From NCBI RefSeq assembly GCF_018350175.1, contig NC_058368.1, positions 123,940,001 to 124,004,000 on the forward strand: 64,000 nt of DNA, in the 5' to 3' direction. This document shows, one piece after another, positions 12,756 to 24,004 of this stretch; position 1 is the stretch's first letter; each line of letters opens with the position of its first letter. A model generated the notes under the pieces. That model was not told the origin of the DNA and did not search any database. It saw only the letters and a list, made by a program, of their open reading frames with translations. The DNA is from Felis catus. Its lineage: Eukaryota. Position numbers and translations under genes: made by a program.

Positions 12756-12827
12756 ATGGGAGATGAAGATTGGGAAGCGGAAATAATCAAACCTCATATG
12801 TCTTCCTATGTTCCTGTATTTGAGAAG
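12756..12827 (+). CDS. DDX4: DDX4 exon 2 coding part: MGDEDWEAEIIKPHMSSYVPVFEK (exon probably starts at 12742)
   Basis: Perfect Kozak gccaccATGG; matches the known DDX4/VASA N-terminus; donor AAG|gtagta. Confidence 0.97.
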
Positions 12828-13424
12828 GTAGTAAAATTTAAAGTTTGTGGTTATTAAACACTACAGATTTTATTGAAGTTGAAAATCACTGTGGTAGGAA
12901 AGTTCTAGATTACAGTCTGGTGGAGTGTGCTGTGCTTATCTCCATCTGATTGTTATTAACTGCCTTAGGGGCAATGAAGAGGAGGCACTCTAAGCCTCAA
13001 ATGGAATAAAATAGTATGAGGTAATTTGATAATTAACTAAAATATGTGTAGTGATATTATTGACAATTTAAATGTCAGTGATTGAGGACTTACTGTGGGT
13101 GGAAGCAGCTGGTACAAATATGGTTGAACATGTTTGACAGACACTTGTATTGAAAACTGAAAAATACAGTTTGGTGTTGGGTGATATTTTGAATTCTATA
13201 AATTGGTTTCCTACAAATAGGATGCATATGTTAGGCTGATTGAGATGGTGTCATCACTTGGCTCTTCAAATGTGCAAATCATCAGATCTTTTTCCTTAGT
13301 GGCATTTGGAGAGTTATATTGTAATTCAAAGGAACAGGACTTGGAATAGCTTTTTGGGTTTCAGTTCTGATTTGCAAGTTGACTTAAAAAAAAACAACTC
13401 TACTTTAGAAGTTAATATATATAT

Positions 13425-13639
13425 ATTTAATGTTCATTTTTGAGAGAGAGAGAGAGACATAGTGTGAGCGGGGGAAGGACAGAGGGAGAGAGGGCGGGAA
13501 ATAGAATCCAAAGCAGGCTCCAGGCTTTGAGCTGCCAACATGGGGCTCGAACTCATGAACCATGAGATCATAGCCTAAGCTAAGATCATGACCTGAGTCG
13601 AAGTTGGATGTTTAACTGACTGAGCTACCCATGTGCCCC
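13425..13639 (-). mobile_element. CanSINE with short internal duplication
   Basis: SINE body; TSD tagaagttaatatat. Confidence 0.88.
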
Positions 13640-13724
13640 TAGAAGTTAATATATTTTAAAGGATTGTTTTTGCACAAGTGTTATTTATTTGAAAATGTCT
13701 CAAAAGTTGGTATTCTTTTCTTTT

Positions 13725-13946
13725 CTTTCTTTTTTTTTTTTTTTGAAGTTCATGTGTTCACTTTGAGAGAGACAGAAACATCATGAGCAGGGAAGGGGCA
13801 GAGAGAGAGGGAATCAGAATTCCAAGCAGAGTCTGCGCTGTCAGCATGGAGCCCGCTGAGGGGCTCAAACCCACGAAACCTTGAGATCATGACCTGAGCC
13901 AAAACCAATAGTCAGTTGCTTAAATGACTGAGCCACTTAGGCACCA
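13725..13946 (-). mobile_element. CanSINE
   Basis: PolyT, (GA)n, ...gagccacttaggcacc; flanked by tattctttt. Confidence 0.88.
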
Positions 13947-14774
13947 CTATATTCTTTTTTTCTGGAATTTCCAGTTTGCATTTATGTTGGTCACTTTTTA
14001 CAAACACTTCGTTATTTCAAGAGATATCTTAATGGAAGTTCTATCACATAAAAATATATGTAATCCTTTTTTTCTCTTAATTGGATTTGATTTATATATA
14101 AAGTTTATTTCAAAATTCTGAAGATTTTTGGGTGAGGGTGTCAAAATACTCAAGATCTTAATCTGAATTTATCGTGTTTTGTTTTTTTTTTTTGGAGCTT
14201 ACTTGAGAAAGACATCTTTTGTGTGATACTTTTTTTTTTTTATAGTCCTGTGCCTATCATAAAAAAAATTTTTTTTTTTACAATATTGGGAAAAGAGGAG
14301 AAAAAGTACTTAACAATCATGTTTATTAGCATACTCTTGTAAATTTTTATTAAATTTTCTTTCCCCCCCCAAATGACAGTACATAATAATATTTTTGATT
14401 CCAGCCTTTTCACTCTTGAGCACTATTCCATATTACTACTAACTTCCTAAAAATAATTTCTTAAGGTTGCATAGTATTTCAAGGAATGGATCTACTGTAA
14501 TATAATTGATTTTCTGTTGGTGGGAATTTAAGATGTTAGCTTTTCACTGTAATGTTGTCATGAATATCTACAGCTTATGTATATATATTTTAATGTGGGA
14601 GTATTTTTTAAAAAATGGAATTACTTAAAGGATATTTTATGGTTCTTTTTACCCCAGTTCTCAGTAAATTTATTATATTACAAAGTTTAGTTCACAGATA
14701 CAGACTTTTTCACTTGAACTTAGTCATTTAATTTTGTTTCTTCTTAGTCTGAGATTTTTTTCTTTGTTAAGCAT

Positions 14775-14779
<5 letters not shown>

Positions 14780-14822
<43 letters not shown>

Positions 14823-15039
14823 TTTAATTTTTTTTTAACGTTTATTTATTTTTGAGACAGAGAGAGACAGAGCATGAACAGGGGAGGGGCAGAGAGAGAG
14901 GGAGACACAGAATCTGAAACGGGCTCCAGGCTCTGAGCCATCAGCATAGAGCCTGACGCGGGGCTCGAACTCACGGACCGCGAGATCGTGACCTGGCTGA
15001 AGTCGGACGCTTAACCGACTGCGCCACCCAGGCGCCCCC
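14780..15039 (-). mobile_element. Young felid SINE with (TTTC)n-expanded tail
   Basis: CpG-rich near-consensus body; TSD ttaagcattcttt at 14767-14779 and 15041-15053. Confidence 0.95.
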
Positions 15040-15507
15040 TTTAAGCATTCTTTAAATAGTACATTAGACTCAATCATGTTGTACTTGTTTATTGCATAGG
15101 CTGTCTGAAATTGAGGGTGGTTGACCGTCAGATCTTTCAGACTTACCTTTTTGGAAATATTTGTGCTATTTAGTAACATACCTTGTTTAATATTAAGAAT
15201 ACTAAATTAAATGTTAGTACTAACTTTACCTTATGATTCTTAATATTTATGTGGGGCCAATTTGTAAATTTTTTGTATCTGTCTGCAAACTTAATTCCTG
15301 ATGCTGTTGAGCAATTAGCTATCTGGCCTAGTTGACTTGGAGGAACATGGTGCAATCAATGCCTTTGTCTGCCTTGGTTGAATAAAAAGTGCAGAAAGTG
15401 AGGATGATTACATGATATATACATGTGGGAGAGATCTGAGGTCTTTTATTTTGCCTAGTTTCATTTAAAGGCACCATTTTGATTGGTGGTTCTGAATTTC
15501 TATTTTA

Positions 15508-15700
15508 ATTTTTTTTAAGTTTATTGATGTTGAGAGAGAGAGAGAGAGCATGAGTGGGGAGGTCTGGAGAGAGAATCCCAAGCAGGCTCCATACTGTCAG
15601 TGCAGAGCCTGACAAGGGGTTCAAACTCACATACTGCTGAGATTATGTACTGAGCCGAAATCAAGAGTCAAATGCTTAACTGAGCCACTCAGGTGGCCCC
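15508..15700 (-). mobile_element. CanSINE
   Basis: TSD ctgaatttctatttta at 15492-15507 and 15701-15716. Confidence 0.88.
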
Positions 15701-16224
15701 CTGAATTTCTATTTTAGGAGACAGCTGGGCTTTTTGTTTTTTAGAATTTGTCTTCACCCTGCAGCTGTCTTGGCTTAATCTCATCTTAAACAATATGTGA
15801 TCAGCCTTTTATGAAAACTTTCTAGGATTTTTATTTGGAGATTTAATATTTACCCATTCTTATATGATTTTGAACTGATAGGCCACTGGGAAGTGTACTA
15901 CTTGGGTATAGACCAGTGAAAGATGTGAGGTTAGGAAGAATTTGATAATGCAGCAATTATGTAGTCCAGACATGTTAATTGTTAGGCATTTGCATATTTC
16001 ATGTAAGCTTGTTGGAATGAGTTTTGGAGTGGTGAGTATGGTGAATGTAACAGGGTATTGGATTTGCTTACTAGCTGTGTAATGAATGCTTCTTGTTAGA
16101 GGACCATGGGAGTAGGTCTACATAGTGATTGCCTCCATCTATCTGCCTTTTTGGTGGCACATTTCAGAAGTCAAATACTCTTGTGATTGAAGTAGAAATA
16201 GCGTGAGATAATTGGCCCATCCAC

Positions 16225-16605
16225 AATACAATTTTGTTAAGTAGTAGTAGCAAAGTTTGTAATAATTAGTTAAGAAAATAAAGTTCGGGGCTTCTCTGTT
16301 CATACTATGATTCTGAAGTAGCGAGAAAAAATATGGCCCTTGAACATCATTGTATTTGCAGACCTAAGGAAGCTGAACTGCTAGAACCTTAAGAAGATTT
16401 TGAGCAATTTCTGCCTATAATTATCACTGAGATGTAGGAGGATATTGTGTCTTCTACTAGAAAGCCGGGATATTATTATATGGTAAATAAGAGCAACTTG
16501 TGGAATCTGGTCAAAATGGTCATCCAAATAAAATGGCCATCCAGATAAAAGTGGCAGGCTTGGAGGAAGGAGCTCTGATGACTCATAATCAAAATCTAAA
16601 CAATT
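16225..16605 (+). pseudogene. MRFAP1: MRFAP1-like retrocopy, 5' half (start codon mutated to ATA at 16331; 5' boundary approximate)
   Basis: Manual translation IWPLNIIVFAD..EAELLEP*EDFEQFLPIIITEM*EDIVSSTR...NKSNLWNLVKMVIQIK..VAGLEEGAL aligns with recalled MRFAP1 [44 protein letters not shown]...NRSKLWEMDNMLIQIK. Stops, frameshifts and a 17-bp tandem duplication at 16513-16546. Confidence 0.88.
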
Positions 16606-18037
16606 TTTTTTTTCAGATTTCTTTTTTTTTTAATATATGAAATTTATTGTCAAATTGGTTTCCATACAACACCCAGTGCTCATCCCAAAAGGTGCCCTCC
16701 TCAATACCCATCACGCACCTTCCCCTCCCTCCCACCCCCCCATCAACCCTCAGTTTGTTCTCAGTTTTTAACAGTCTCTTATGTTTTGGCTCTCTCCCAC
16801 TCTAACCTCTTTTTTTTTTTTTCCTTCCCTTCCCCCATGGGTTCCTGTTAAGTTTCTCAGGATCCACATAAGAGTGAAACCATATGGTATCTGTCTTTCT
16901 CTGTATGGCTTATTTCACTTAGCATCACACTCTCCAGTTCCATCCACGTTGCTACAAAAGGCCATATTTCGTTTTTTCTCATTGCCACGTAGTACTCCAT
17001 TGTGTATATAAACCACAATTTCTTGATCCATTCATCAGTTGATGGACATTTTGGCTCTTTCCATAATTTGGCTATTGTTGAGAGTGCTGCTATAAACATT
17101 GGGGTACAAGTGCCCCTATGCATCAGTACTCCTGTATCCCTTGGGTAAATTCCTAGCAGTGCTATTGCTGGGTCATAGGGTAGGTCTATTTTTAACTTTA
17201 TGAGGAACCTCCACACTGCTTTCCAGAGCGGCTGCACCACTTTGCATTCCCACCAACAGTGCAAGAGGGTTCCCGTTTCTCCACATCCTCTCCAGCATCT
17301 AGAGTCTCCTGATTTGTTCATTTTGGCCACTCTGACTGGCGTGAGGTGATACCTGAGTGTGGTTTTGATTTGTATTTCCCTGATAAGGAGCGACGTTGAA
17401 CATCTTTTCATGTGCCTATTGGCCATCCAGATGTCTTCTTTAGAGAAGTGTCTTTTCATGTTTTCTGCCCATTTCTTCACTGGGTTATTTGTTTTTCGGG
17501 TGTGGAGTTTGGTGAGCTCTTTATAGATTTTGGATACTAGCCCTTTGTCCGATATGTCATTTGCGAATATCTTTTCCCATTCCGTTGGTTGCCTTTTAGT
17601 TTTGTTGTTTCCTTTGCTGTGCAGAAGCTTTTTATCTTCATAAGGTCCCAGTAATTCACTTTTGCTTTTAATTCCCTTGCCTTTGGGGATGTGTCGAGTA
17701 AGAGATTGCTAGGGCTGAGGTCAGAGAGGTCTTTTCCTGCTTTCTCCTCTAAGGTTTTGATGGTTTCCTGTCTCACATTTAGGTCCTTTATCCATTTTGA
17801 GTTTATTTTTGTGAATGGTATGAGAAAGTGGTCTAGTTTCAACCTTCTGCATGTTGCTGTCCAGTTCTCCCAGCACCATTTGTTAAAGAGACTGTCTTTT
17901 TTCCATTGGATGTTCTTTCCTGCTTTGTCAAAGATGAGTTGGCCATACATTTGTGGGTCTAGTTCTGGGGTTTCTATTCTATTCCATTGGTCTATGTGTC
18001 TGTTTTTGTGCCAATACCACGGTGTCTTGATGATGAC

Positions 18038-18043
<6 letters not shown>
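16606..18043 (-). mobile_element. L1-A 3' segment (poly(A), 3'UTR, ORF2 C-terminus)
   Basis: ORFs 16857-17480 (CCHC motif CWRGC...HCWWEC) and 17537-17950; left TSD aatctaaacaatt at 16593-16605. Confidence 0.96.
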
Positions 18044-18071
<28 letters not shown>

Positions 18072-18295
18072 TTTTATATGAAATTTATTGACAAATTAGT
18101 TTCCATACAACACCCAGTGCTCATCCCAAAAGGTGCCCTCCTCAATACCCATCACCCACCCTCTCCTCCCTCCCACCCCCCATCAACCCTCAGTTTGTTC
18201 TCAGTTTTTAAGAGTCTCTTATGCTTTGGCTCTCTCCCACTCTAACCTGTTTTTTTTTTTTTCCTTCCCCTCCCCCATGGGTTCCTGTTAATTTC

Positions 18296-21200
18296 TCAGG
18301 GTCCACATAACAGTGAAACCATATGGTATCTGTCTTTCTCTGTATGGCTTATTTCACTTAGCATCACACTCTCCAGTTCCATCCACGTTGCTACAAAAGG
18401 CCATATTTCATTTTTTCTCATTGCCACGTAATATTCCATTGTGTATATAAACCACAATTTCTTTATCCATTCATCAGTTGATGGACATTTAGGCTCTTTC
18501 CATAATTTGGCTATTATTGAGAGTGCTGCTATGAACATTGGGGTACAAGTGCCCCTATGCATCAGTACTCCTGTATCCCTTGGATAAATTCCTAGCAGTG
18601 CTATTGCTGGGTCATAGGGTAGGTCTATTTTTAATTTTCTGAGGAACCTCCACACTGCTTTCCAGAGCGGCTGCACCAATTTGCATTCCCACCAACAGTG
18701 CAAGAGGGTTCCCGTTTCTCCACATCCTCTCCAGCATCTAGAGTCTCCTGATTTGTTCATTTTGGCCACTCTGACTGGCGTGAGGTGATACCTGAGTGTG
18801 GTTTTGATTTGTATTTCCCTGATAAGGAGCGACGCTGAACATCTTTTCATGTGCCTGTTGGCCATCCGGATGTCTTCTTTAGAGAAGTGTCTATTCATGT
18901 TTTCTGCCCATTTCTTCACTGGGTTATTTGTTTTTCGGGTGTGGAGTTTGGTGAGCTCTTTATAGATTTTGGATACTAGCCCTTTGTCCGATAGGTCATT
19001 TGTGAATATCTTTTCCCATTCCGTTGGTTGCCTTTGAGTTTTGTTGGTTGTTTCCTTTGCTGTGCAGAAGCTTTTTATCTTCATAAGGTCCCAGTAATTC
19101 ACTTTTGCTTTTAATTCCCTTGCCTTTGGGGATGTGTCGAGTAAGAGATTGCTACGGCTGAGGTCAGAGAGGTCTTTTCCTGCTTTCTCCTCTAAGGTTT
19201 TGATGGTTTCCTGTCTCACATTTAGGTCCTTTATCCATTTGGAGTTTATTTTTGTGAATGGTGTGAGAAAGTGGTCTAGTTTCAACCTTCTGCATGTAGC
19301 TGTCCAGTTCTCCCAGCACCATTTGTTAAAGAGGCTGTTTTTTTTCCATTGGATGTTCTTTCCTGCTTTGTCAAAGATGAGTTGGCCATACGTTTGTGGG
19401 TCTAGTTCTGGGGTTTCTATTCTATTCCATTGGTCTATGTGTCTGTTTCTGTGCCAATACCATGCTGTCTTGATGATGACAGCTTTGTAGTAGAGGCTAA
19501 AGTCTGGGATTGTGATGCCTCCTGCTTTGGTCTTCTTCTTCAAAATTCCTTTGGCTATTCGGGGCCTTTTGTGGTTCCATATGAATTTTAGGATTGCTTG
19601 TTCTAGTTTCGAGAAGAATGCTGGTGCAATTTTGATTGGGATTGCATTGAATGTGTAGATAGCTTTGGGTAGTATTGACATTTTGACAATATTTATTTTT
19701 CCAATCCATGAGCAGGGAATGTCTTTCCATTTCTTTAAATCTTCTTCAATTTCCTTCATAAGCTTTCTATAGTTTTCAGCATACAGATCCTTTACATCTT
19801 TGGTTAGATTTATTCCTAGGTATTTTATGCTTCTTGGTGCAATTGTGAATGGGATCAGTTTCTTTATTTGTCTTTCTGTTGCTTCATTGTTACTGTATAA
19901 GAATGCAACTGATTTCTGTACATTGATTTTGTATCCTGCAACTTTGCTGAATTCATGTATCAGTTCTAGTAGACTTTTGGTGGAGTCTATCGGATTTTCC
20001 ATGTATAATATCATGTCATCTGCAAAAAGCGAAAGCTTGACTTCGTCTTTGCCAATTTTGACGCCTTCTATTTCCTTTTGTTGTCTGATTGCTGATGCTA
20101 GAACTTCCAGCACTATGTTAAACAGCAGCGGTGAGAGTGGGCATCCTTGTCGTGTTCCTGATCTCAGGGAAAAAGATCTCAGTTTTTCCCCGTTGAGGAT
20201 GATGTTAGCTGTGGGCTTTTCATAAATGGCTTTTATGATCTTTAAGTATGTTCCTTCTATCCCGACTTTCTCAAGGGTTTTTATTAAGAAAGGGTGCTGG
20301 ATTTTGTCAAAGGCCTTTTCTGCATCGATTGACAGGATCATATGGTTCTTCTCTTTTTTTTTGTTAATGTGATGTATCACATTGATTGATTTGCGAATGT
20401 TGAACCAGCCCTGCATCCCAGGAATGAATCCCACTTGATCATGGTGAATAATTCTTTTTATATGCCGTTGAATTCGATTTGCTAGTATCTTATTGAGAAT
20501 TTTTGCATCCATATTCATCAGGGATATTGGCCTGTAGTTCTCTTTTTTTACTGGGTCTCTGTCTGGTTTAGGAATCAAAGTAATACTGGCTTCATAGAAT
20601 GAGTCTGGAAGTTTTCCTTCCCTTTCTATTTCTTGGAATAGCTTGAGAAGGATAGGTATTATCTCTGCTTTAAACGTCTGGTAGAACTCCCCTGGGAAGC
20701 CATCTGGTCCTGGACTCTTATTTGTTGGGAGATTTTTGATAACCGATTCAATTTCTTTGCTGGTTATGGGTCTGTTCAAGCTTTCTATTTCCTCCTGATT
20801 GAGTTTTGGAAGAGTGTGGGTGTTCAGGAATTTGTCCATTTCTTCCAGGTTGTCCAATTTGTTGGCATATAATTTTTCATAGTATTCCCTGATAATTGTT
20901 TGTATCTCTGAGGGATTGGTTGTAATAATTCCATTTTCATTCATGATTTTATCTATTTGGGTCATTTCCCTTTTCTTTTTGAGAAGCCTGGCTAGAGGCT
21001 TGTCAATTTTGTTTATTTTTTCAAAAAACCAACTCTTGGTTTCGTTGATCTGCTCTACAGTTTTTTTAGATTCTATATTGTTTATTTCTGCTCTGATCTT
21101 TATTATTTCTCTTCTTCTGCTGGGTTTAGGCTGCCTTTGCTGTTCTGCTTCTAGTTCCTTTAGGTGTGCTGTTAGATTTTGTATTTGGGATTTTTCTTGT

Positions 21201-22120
21201 TTCTTGAGATAGGCCTGGATTGCAATGTATTTTCCTCTCAGGACTGCCTTCGCTGCGTCCCAAAGCGTTTGGATTGTTGTATTTTCATTTTCGTTTGTTT
21301 CCATATATTTTTTAATTTCTTCTCTAATTGCCTGGTTGACCCACTCATTCGTTAGTAGGGTGTTCTTTAACCTCCATGCCTTTGGAGGTTTTCCAGACTT
21401 TTTCCTGTGGTTGATTTCAAGCTTCATAGCATTGTGGTCTGAAAGTATGCATGGTATAATTTCAATTCTTGTAAACTTATGAAGGGCTGTTTTGTGACCC
21501 AGTATATGATCTATCTTGGAGAATGTTCCATGTGCACTCGAGAAGAAAGTATACTCTGTTGCTTTGGGATGCAGCGTTCTAAATATATCTGTCAAGTCCA
21601 TCTGATCCAATGTCTCCTTCAGGGCCCTTGTTTCTTTATTGACCGTGTGTCTAGATGATCTGTCCATTTCTGTAAGTGGGGTGTTAAAGTCCCCTGCAAT
21701 TACCACATTCTTATCAATAAGGTTGCTTATGTTTATGAGTAATTGTTTTATATATTTGGGGGCTCCGGTATTCGGCGCATAGACATTTATAATTGTTAGC
21801 TCTTCCTGATGGATAGACCCTGTAACTATTATATAATGTCCTTCTTCATCTCTTGTTACAGCCTTTAATTTAAAGTCTAGTTTGTCTGATATAAGTATGG
21901 CTACTCCAGCTTTCTTTTGGCTTCCAGTCGCATGATAAATAGTTCTCCATCCCCTCACTCTCAATCTAAAGGTGTCCTCAGGTCTAAAATGAGTCTCTTG
22001 TAGACAGCAAATAGATGGGTCTTGTTTTTTTATCCATTCTGATACCCTATGTCTTTTGGTTGGTGCATTTAATCCATTTACATTCAGTGTTATTATAGAA
22101 AGATACGGGTTGAGAGTCAT
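18296..22120 (-). CDS. L1-B ORF2p, 1274 aa (APE endonuclease, reverse transcriptase, CCHC domain)
   Basis: Uninterrupted ORF from the ATG at 22120 (MTLNPYL). Motifs NVNG, LQETH, GDFN, SKIDH, SDH, QVGFIP, QGCPLSP, FADD, YLG, CWRGC..HCWWEC. Confidence 0.96.
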   Translation of the reverse strand: MTLNPYLSIITLNVNGLNAPTKRHRVSEWIKKQDPSICCLQETHFRPEDTFRLRVRGWRTIYHATGSQKKAGVAILISDKLDFKLKAVTRDEEGHYIIVTGSIHQEELTIINVYAPNTGAPKYIKQLLINISNLIDKNVVIAGDFNTPLTEMDRSSRHTVNKETRALKETLDQMDLTDIFRTLHPKATEYTFFSSAHGTFSKIDHILGHKTALHKFTRIEIIPCILSDHNAMKLEINHRKKSGKPPKAWRLKNTLLTNEWVNQAIREEIKKYMETNENENTTIQTLWDAAKAVLRGKYIAIQAYLKKQEKSQIQNLTAHLKELEAEQQRQPKPSRRREIIKIRAEINNIESKKTVEQINETKSWFFEKINKIDKPLARLLKKKREMTQIDKIMNENGIITTNPSEIQTIIREYYEKLYANKLDNLEEMDKFLNTHTLPKLNQEEIESLNRPITSKEIESVIKNLPTNKSPGPDGFPGEFYQTFKAEIIPILLKLFQEIEREGKLPDSFYEASITLIPKPDRDPVKKENYRPISLMNMDAKILNKILANRIQRHIKRIIHHDQVGFIPGMQGWFNIRKSINVIHHINKKKEKNHMILSIDAEKAFDKIQHPFLIKTLEKVGIEGTYLKIIKAIYEKPTANIILNGEKLRSFSLRSGTRQGCPLSPLLFNIVLEVLASAIRQQKEIEGVKIGKDEVKLSLFADDMILYMENPIDSTKSLLELIHEFSKVAGYKINVQKSVAFLYSNNEATERQIKKLIPFTIAPRSIKYLGINLTKDVKDLYAENYRKLMKEIEEDLKKWKDIPCSWIGKINIVKMSILPKAIYTFNAIPIKIAPAFFSKLEQAILKFIWNHKRPRIAKGILKKKTKAGGITIPDFSLYYKAVIIKTAWYWHRNRHIDQWNRIETPELDPQTYGQLIFDKAGKNIQWKKNSLFNKWCWENWTATCRRLKLDHFLTPFTKINSKWIKDLNVRQETIKTLEEKAGKDLSDLSRSNLLLDTSPKARELKAKVNYWDLMKIKSFCTAKETTNKTQRQPTEWEKIFTNDLSDKGLVSKIYKELTKLHTRKTNNPVKKWAENMNRHFSKEDIRMANRHMKRCSASLLIREIQIKTTLRYHLTPVRVAKMNKSGDSRCWRGCGETGTLLHCWWECKLVQPLWKAVWRFLRKLKIDLPYDPAIALLGIYPRDTGVLMHRGTCTPMFIAALSIIAKLWKEPKCPSTDEWIKKLWFIYTMEYYVAMRKNEIWPFVATWMELESVMLSEISHTEKDRYHMVSLLCGP

Positions 22121-22170
22121 TGTGATGTCTGTATGTTTTATGCTTGTAGTGATGTCTCTGGGACTTTGTC

Positions 22171-23064
22171 TCACAGGGTCCCCCTTAGGATCTCTTGTAG
22201 GGCTGGTTTAGTGGTGACAAATTCCTTCAGTTTTTGTTTGTTTGGGAAAACCTTTATCTCTCCTTCTATTCTAAATGACAGACTTGCTGGGTAAAGGATT
22301 CTCGGCTGCATATTTTTTCTGTCTAGCACCCTGAAAATCTCGTGCCAATTCTTTCTGGCCTGCCAAGTTTCAAAAGAGAGATCAGTCACGAGTCTTATAG
22401 GTCTCCCTTTATATGTGAGGGCACGTTTACCCCTTGCTGCTTTCAGAATTTTCTCTTTATCCTTGTATTTTGCCAGTTTCACTATGATATGTCGTGCAGA
22501 AGATCGATTCAAGTTACGTCTGAAGGGAGTTCTCTGTGCCTCTTGGATTTCAATGCCTTTTTCCTTCCCCAGTTCAGGGAAGTTCTCAGCTATTATTTCT
22601 TCAAGTACCCCTTCAGCACCTTTCCCTCTCTCTTCCTCCTCTGGGATACCAATTATGCGTATATTATTTCTTTTTAGTGTATCACTTAGTTCTCTAATTT
22701 TCCCCTCATACTCCTGGATTTTTTTATCTCTCTTTTTCTCAGCTTCCTCTTTTTCCATAACTTTATCCTCTAGTTCACCTATTCTCTCCTCTGCCTCTTC
22801 AAGCCGAGCTGTGGTGGTTTCCATTTTGTTATGCATTTCGTTTAAAGCATTTTTCAGCTCCTCGTGACTGCTCCTTAGTCCCTTGATCTCTGTAGCAAGA
22901 GATTCTCTGCTGTCCTGTATACTGTTTTCAAGCCCAGCGATTAATTTTATGACTATTATTCTAAATTCACTTTCTGTTATATTATTTAAATCTTTTTTGA
23001 TCAGCTCATTAGCTGTTGTTATTTCCTGGAGATTCTTCTGAGGGGAGTTCTTCCGCTTGGTCAT
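22171..23064 (-). CDS. L1-B ORF1p, 297 aa (coiled coil, RRM, CTD)
   Basis: Open ORF with [22 protein letters not shown] and YPASLSF motifs. Confidence 0.95.
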   Translation of the reverse strand: MTKRKNSPQKNLQEITTANELIKKDLNNITESEFRIIVIKLIAGLENSIQDSRESLATEIKGLRSSHEELKNALNEMHNKMETTTARLEEAEERIGELEDKVMEKEEAEKKRDKKIQEYEGKIRELSDTLKRNNIRIIGIPEEEERGKGAEGVLEEIIAENFPELGKEKGIEIQEAQRTPFRRNLNRSSARHIIVKLAKYKDKEKILKAARGKRALTYKGRPIRLVTDLSFETWQARKNWHEIFRVLDRKNMQPRILYPASLSFRIEGEIKVFPNKQKLKEFVTTKPALQEILRGTL

Positions 23065-23992
23065 TTTGGATAGTCCCTGGCGTGGTGAGGACCTGCAGGG
23101 CCCTTCCCCTGTGTTGTGGTGTATAACTGGAGTTGGTGGGCGGGGCCGCAGTCAGACCTGATGTCTGCCCCCAGCCCACCGCTGGGGCCACAGTCAGACT
23201 GGTGTGTGCCTTCTCTTCCCCTCTCCTAGGGGCGGGATTCACTGTGGGGTGGTGTGGCCCGTCTGGGCTACTTGCACACTGCCAGGCTTGTGATGCTGGG
23301 GATCTGGCGTATTAGCTGGGGTGGGTAGGCAAGGTGCATGGGGGCAGGAGGGGCAGGCTTAGATCGCTTCTCCTTAGGTGATCCTCTTCAGGAGGGGCCC
23401 TGTGGCAGCGGGAGGGAGTCAGATCCGCTGCCGGAGGTTTGGCTCCGCAGAAGCACAGAGTTGGGTGTTTGCGCAGAGCGAGCAAGTTCTCTGGCAGGAA
23501 CTGGTTCTCTTTGGGATTTTGGCTGGGGGATGGGCGGGGGAGATGGCGCTGGCGAGCGCCTTTGTTCCCCACCAAGCTGAGCTCTGTTGTCAGGGGGCTC
23601 AGCAGCTCTCCCTCCCTTTGTCCTCCAGCCTTCCCGCTTTCCGAGCAGAGCTATTAACTTATGACCTCCCAGACGCTAAGTCGCGCTTGTTGTGGGAACA
23701 CAGTCTGTCAGGCCCCTCCGCTTTTGCCAGCCAGACTCGGGGGCTCTGCTTGGCCGGCGAGCCGCCCCTCCGCCCCGGCTCCCTCCCGCCAGTCCGTGGA
23801 GCGCGCACCGCCTCGCCGCCCTTCCTACCCTCTTCCGTGGGCCTCTCGTCTGCGTTTGGCTCCGGCGACTCCGTTCTGGTAATCCTCTGGCGGTTTTCTG
23901 GGTTATTTAGGCAGGTGTAGGTGGAATCTAAGTGATCAGCAGGACGCGCGGTGAGCCCAGCGTCCTCCTAAGCCGCCATCTTGCCGCTTCTC
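23065..23992 (-). promoter_or_regulatory. L1-B 5'UTR internal promoter (CpG-rich, terminal YY1 motif CAAGATGGCGGC)
   Basis: High CpG content; YY1 consensus about 10 nt from the 5' end. Confidence 0.8.
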
Positions 23993-24004
23993 GATGACAG
24001 CTTT

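Larger units (their letters stand above)
18044..23992 (-). mobile_element. L1-B: full-length (5949 bp) young L1 nested in ORF2 of L1-A
   Basis: Long pure poly(A), 3'UTR, both ORFs open, CpG-rich 5'UTR, YY1 motif at 23972-23982; TSD gatgacagcttt at 18032-18043 and 23993-24004. Confidence 0.97.

Noticed and set aside
18146..18190. G-rich G-quadruplex-like tract in L1 3'UTRs
   Set aside because: A known generic L1 feature.
22121..22174. ORF-track 1292-aa start for ORF2
   Set aside because: Starts at GTG; the conventional ATG is at 22120. Kept only as a hypothesis in findings.
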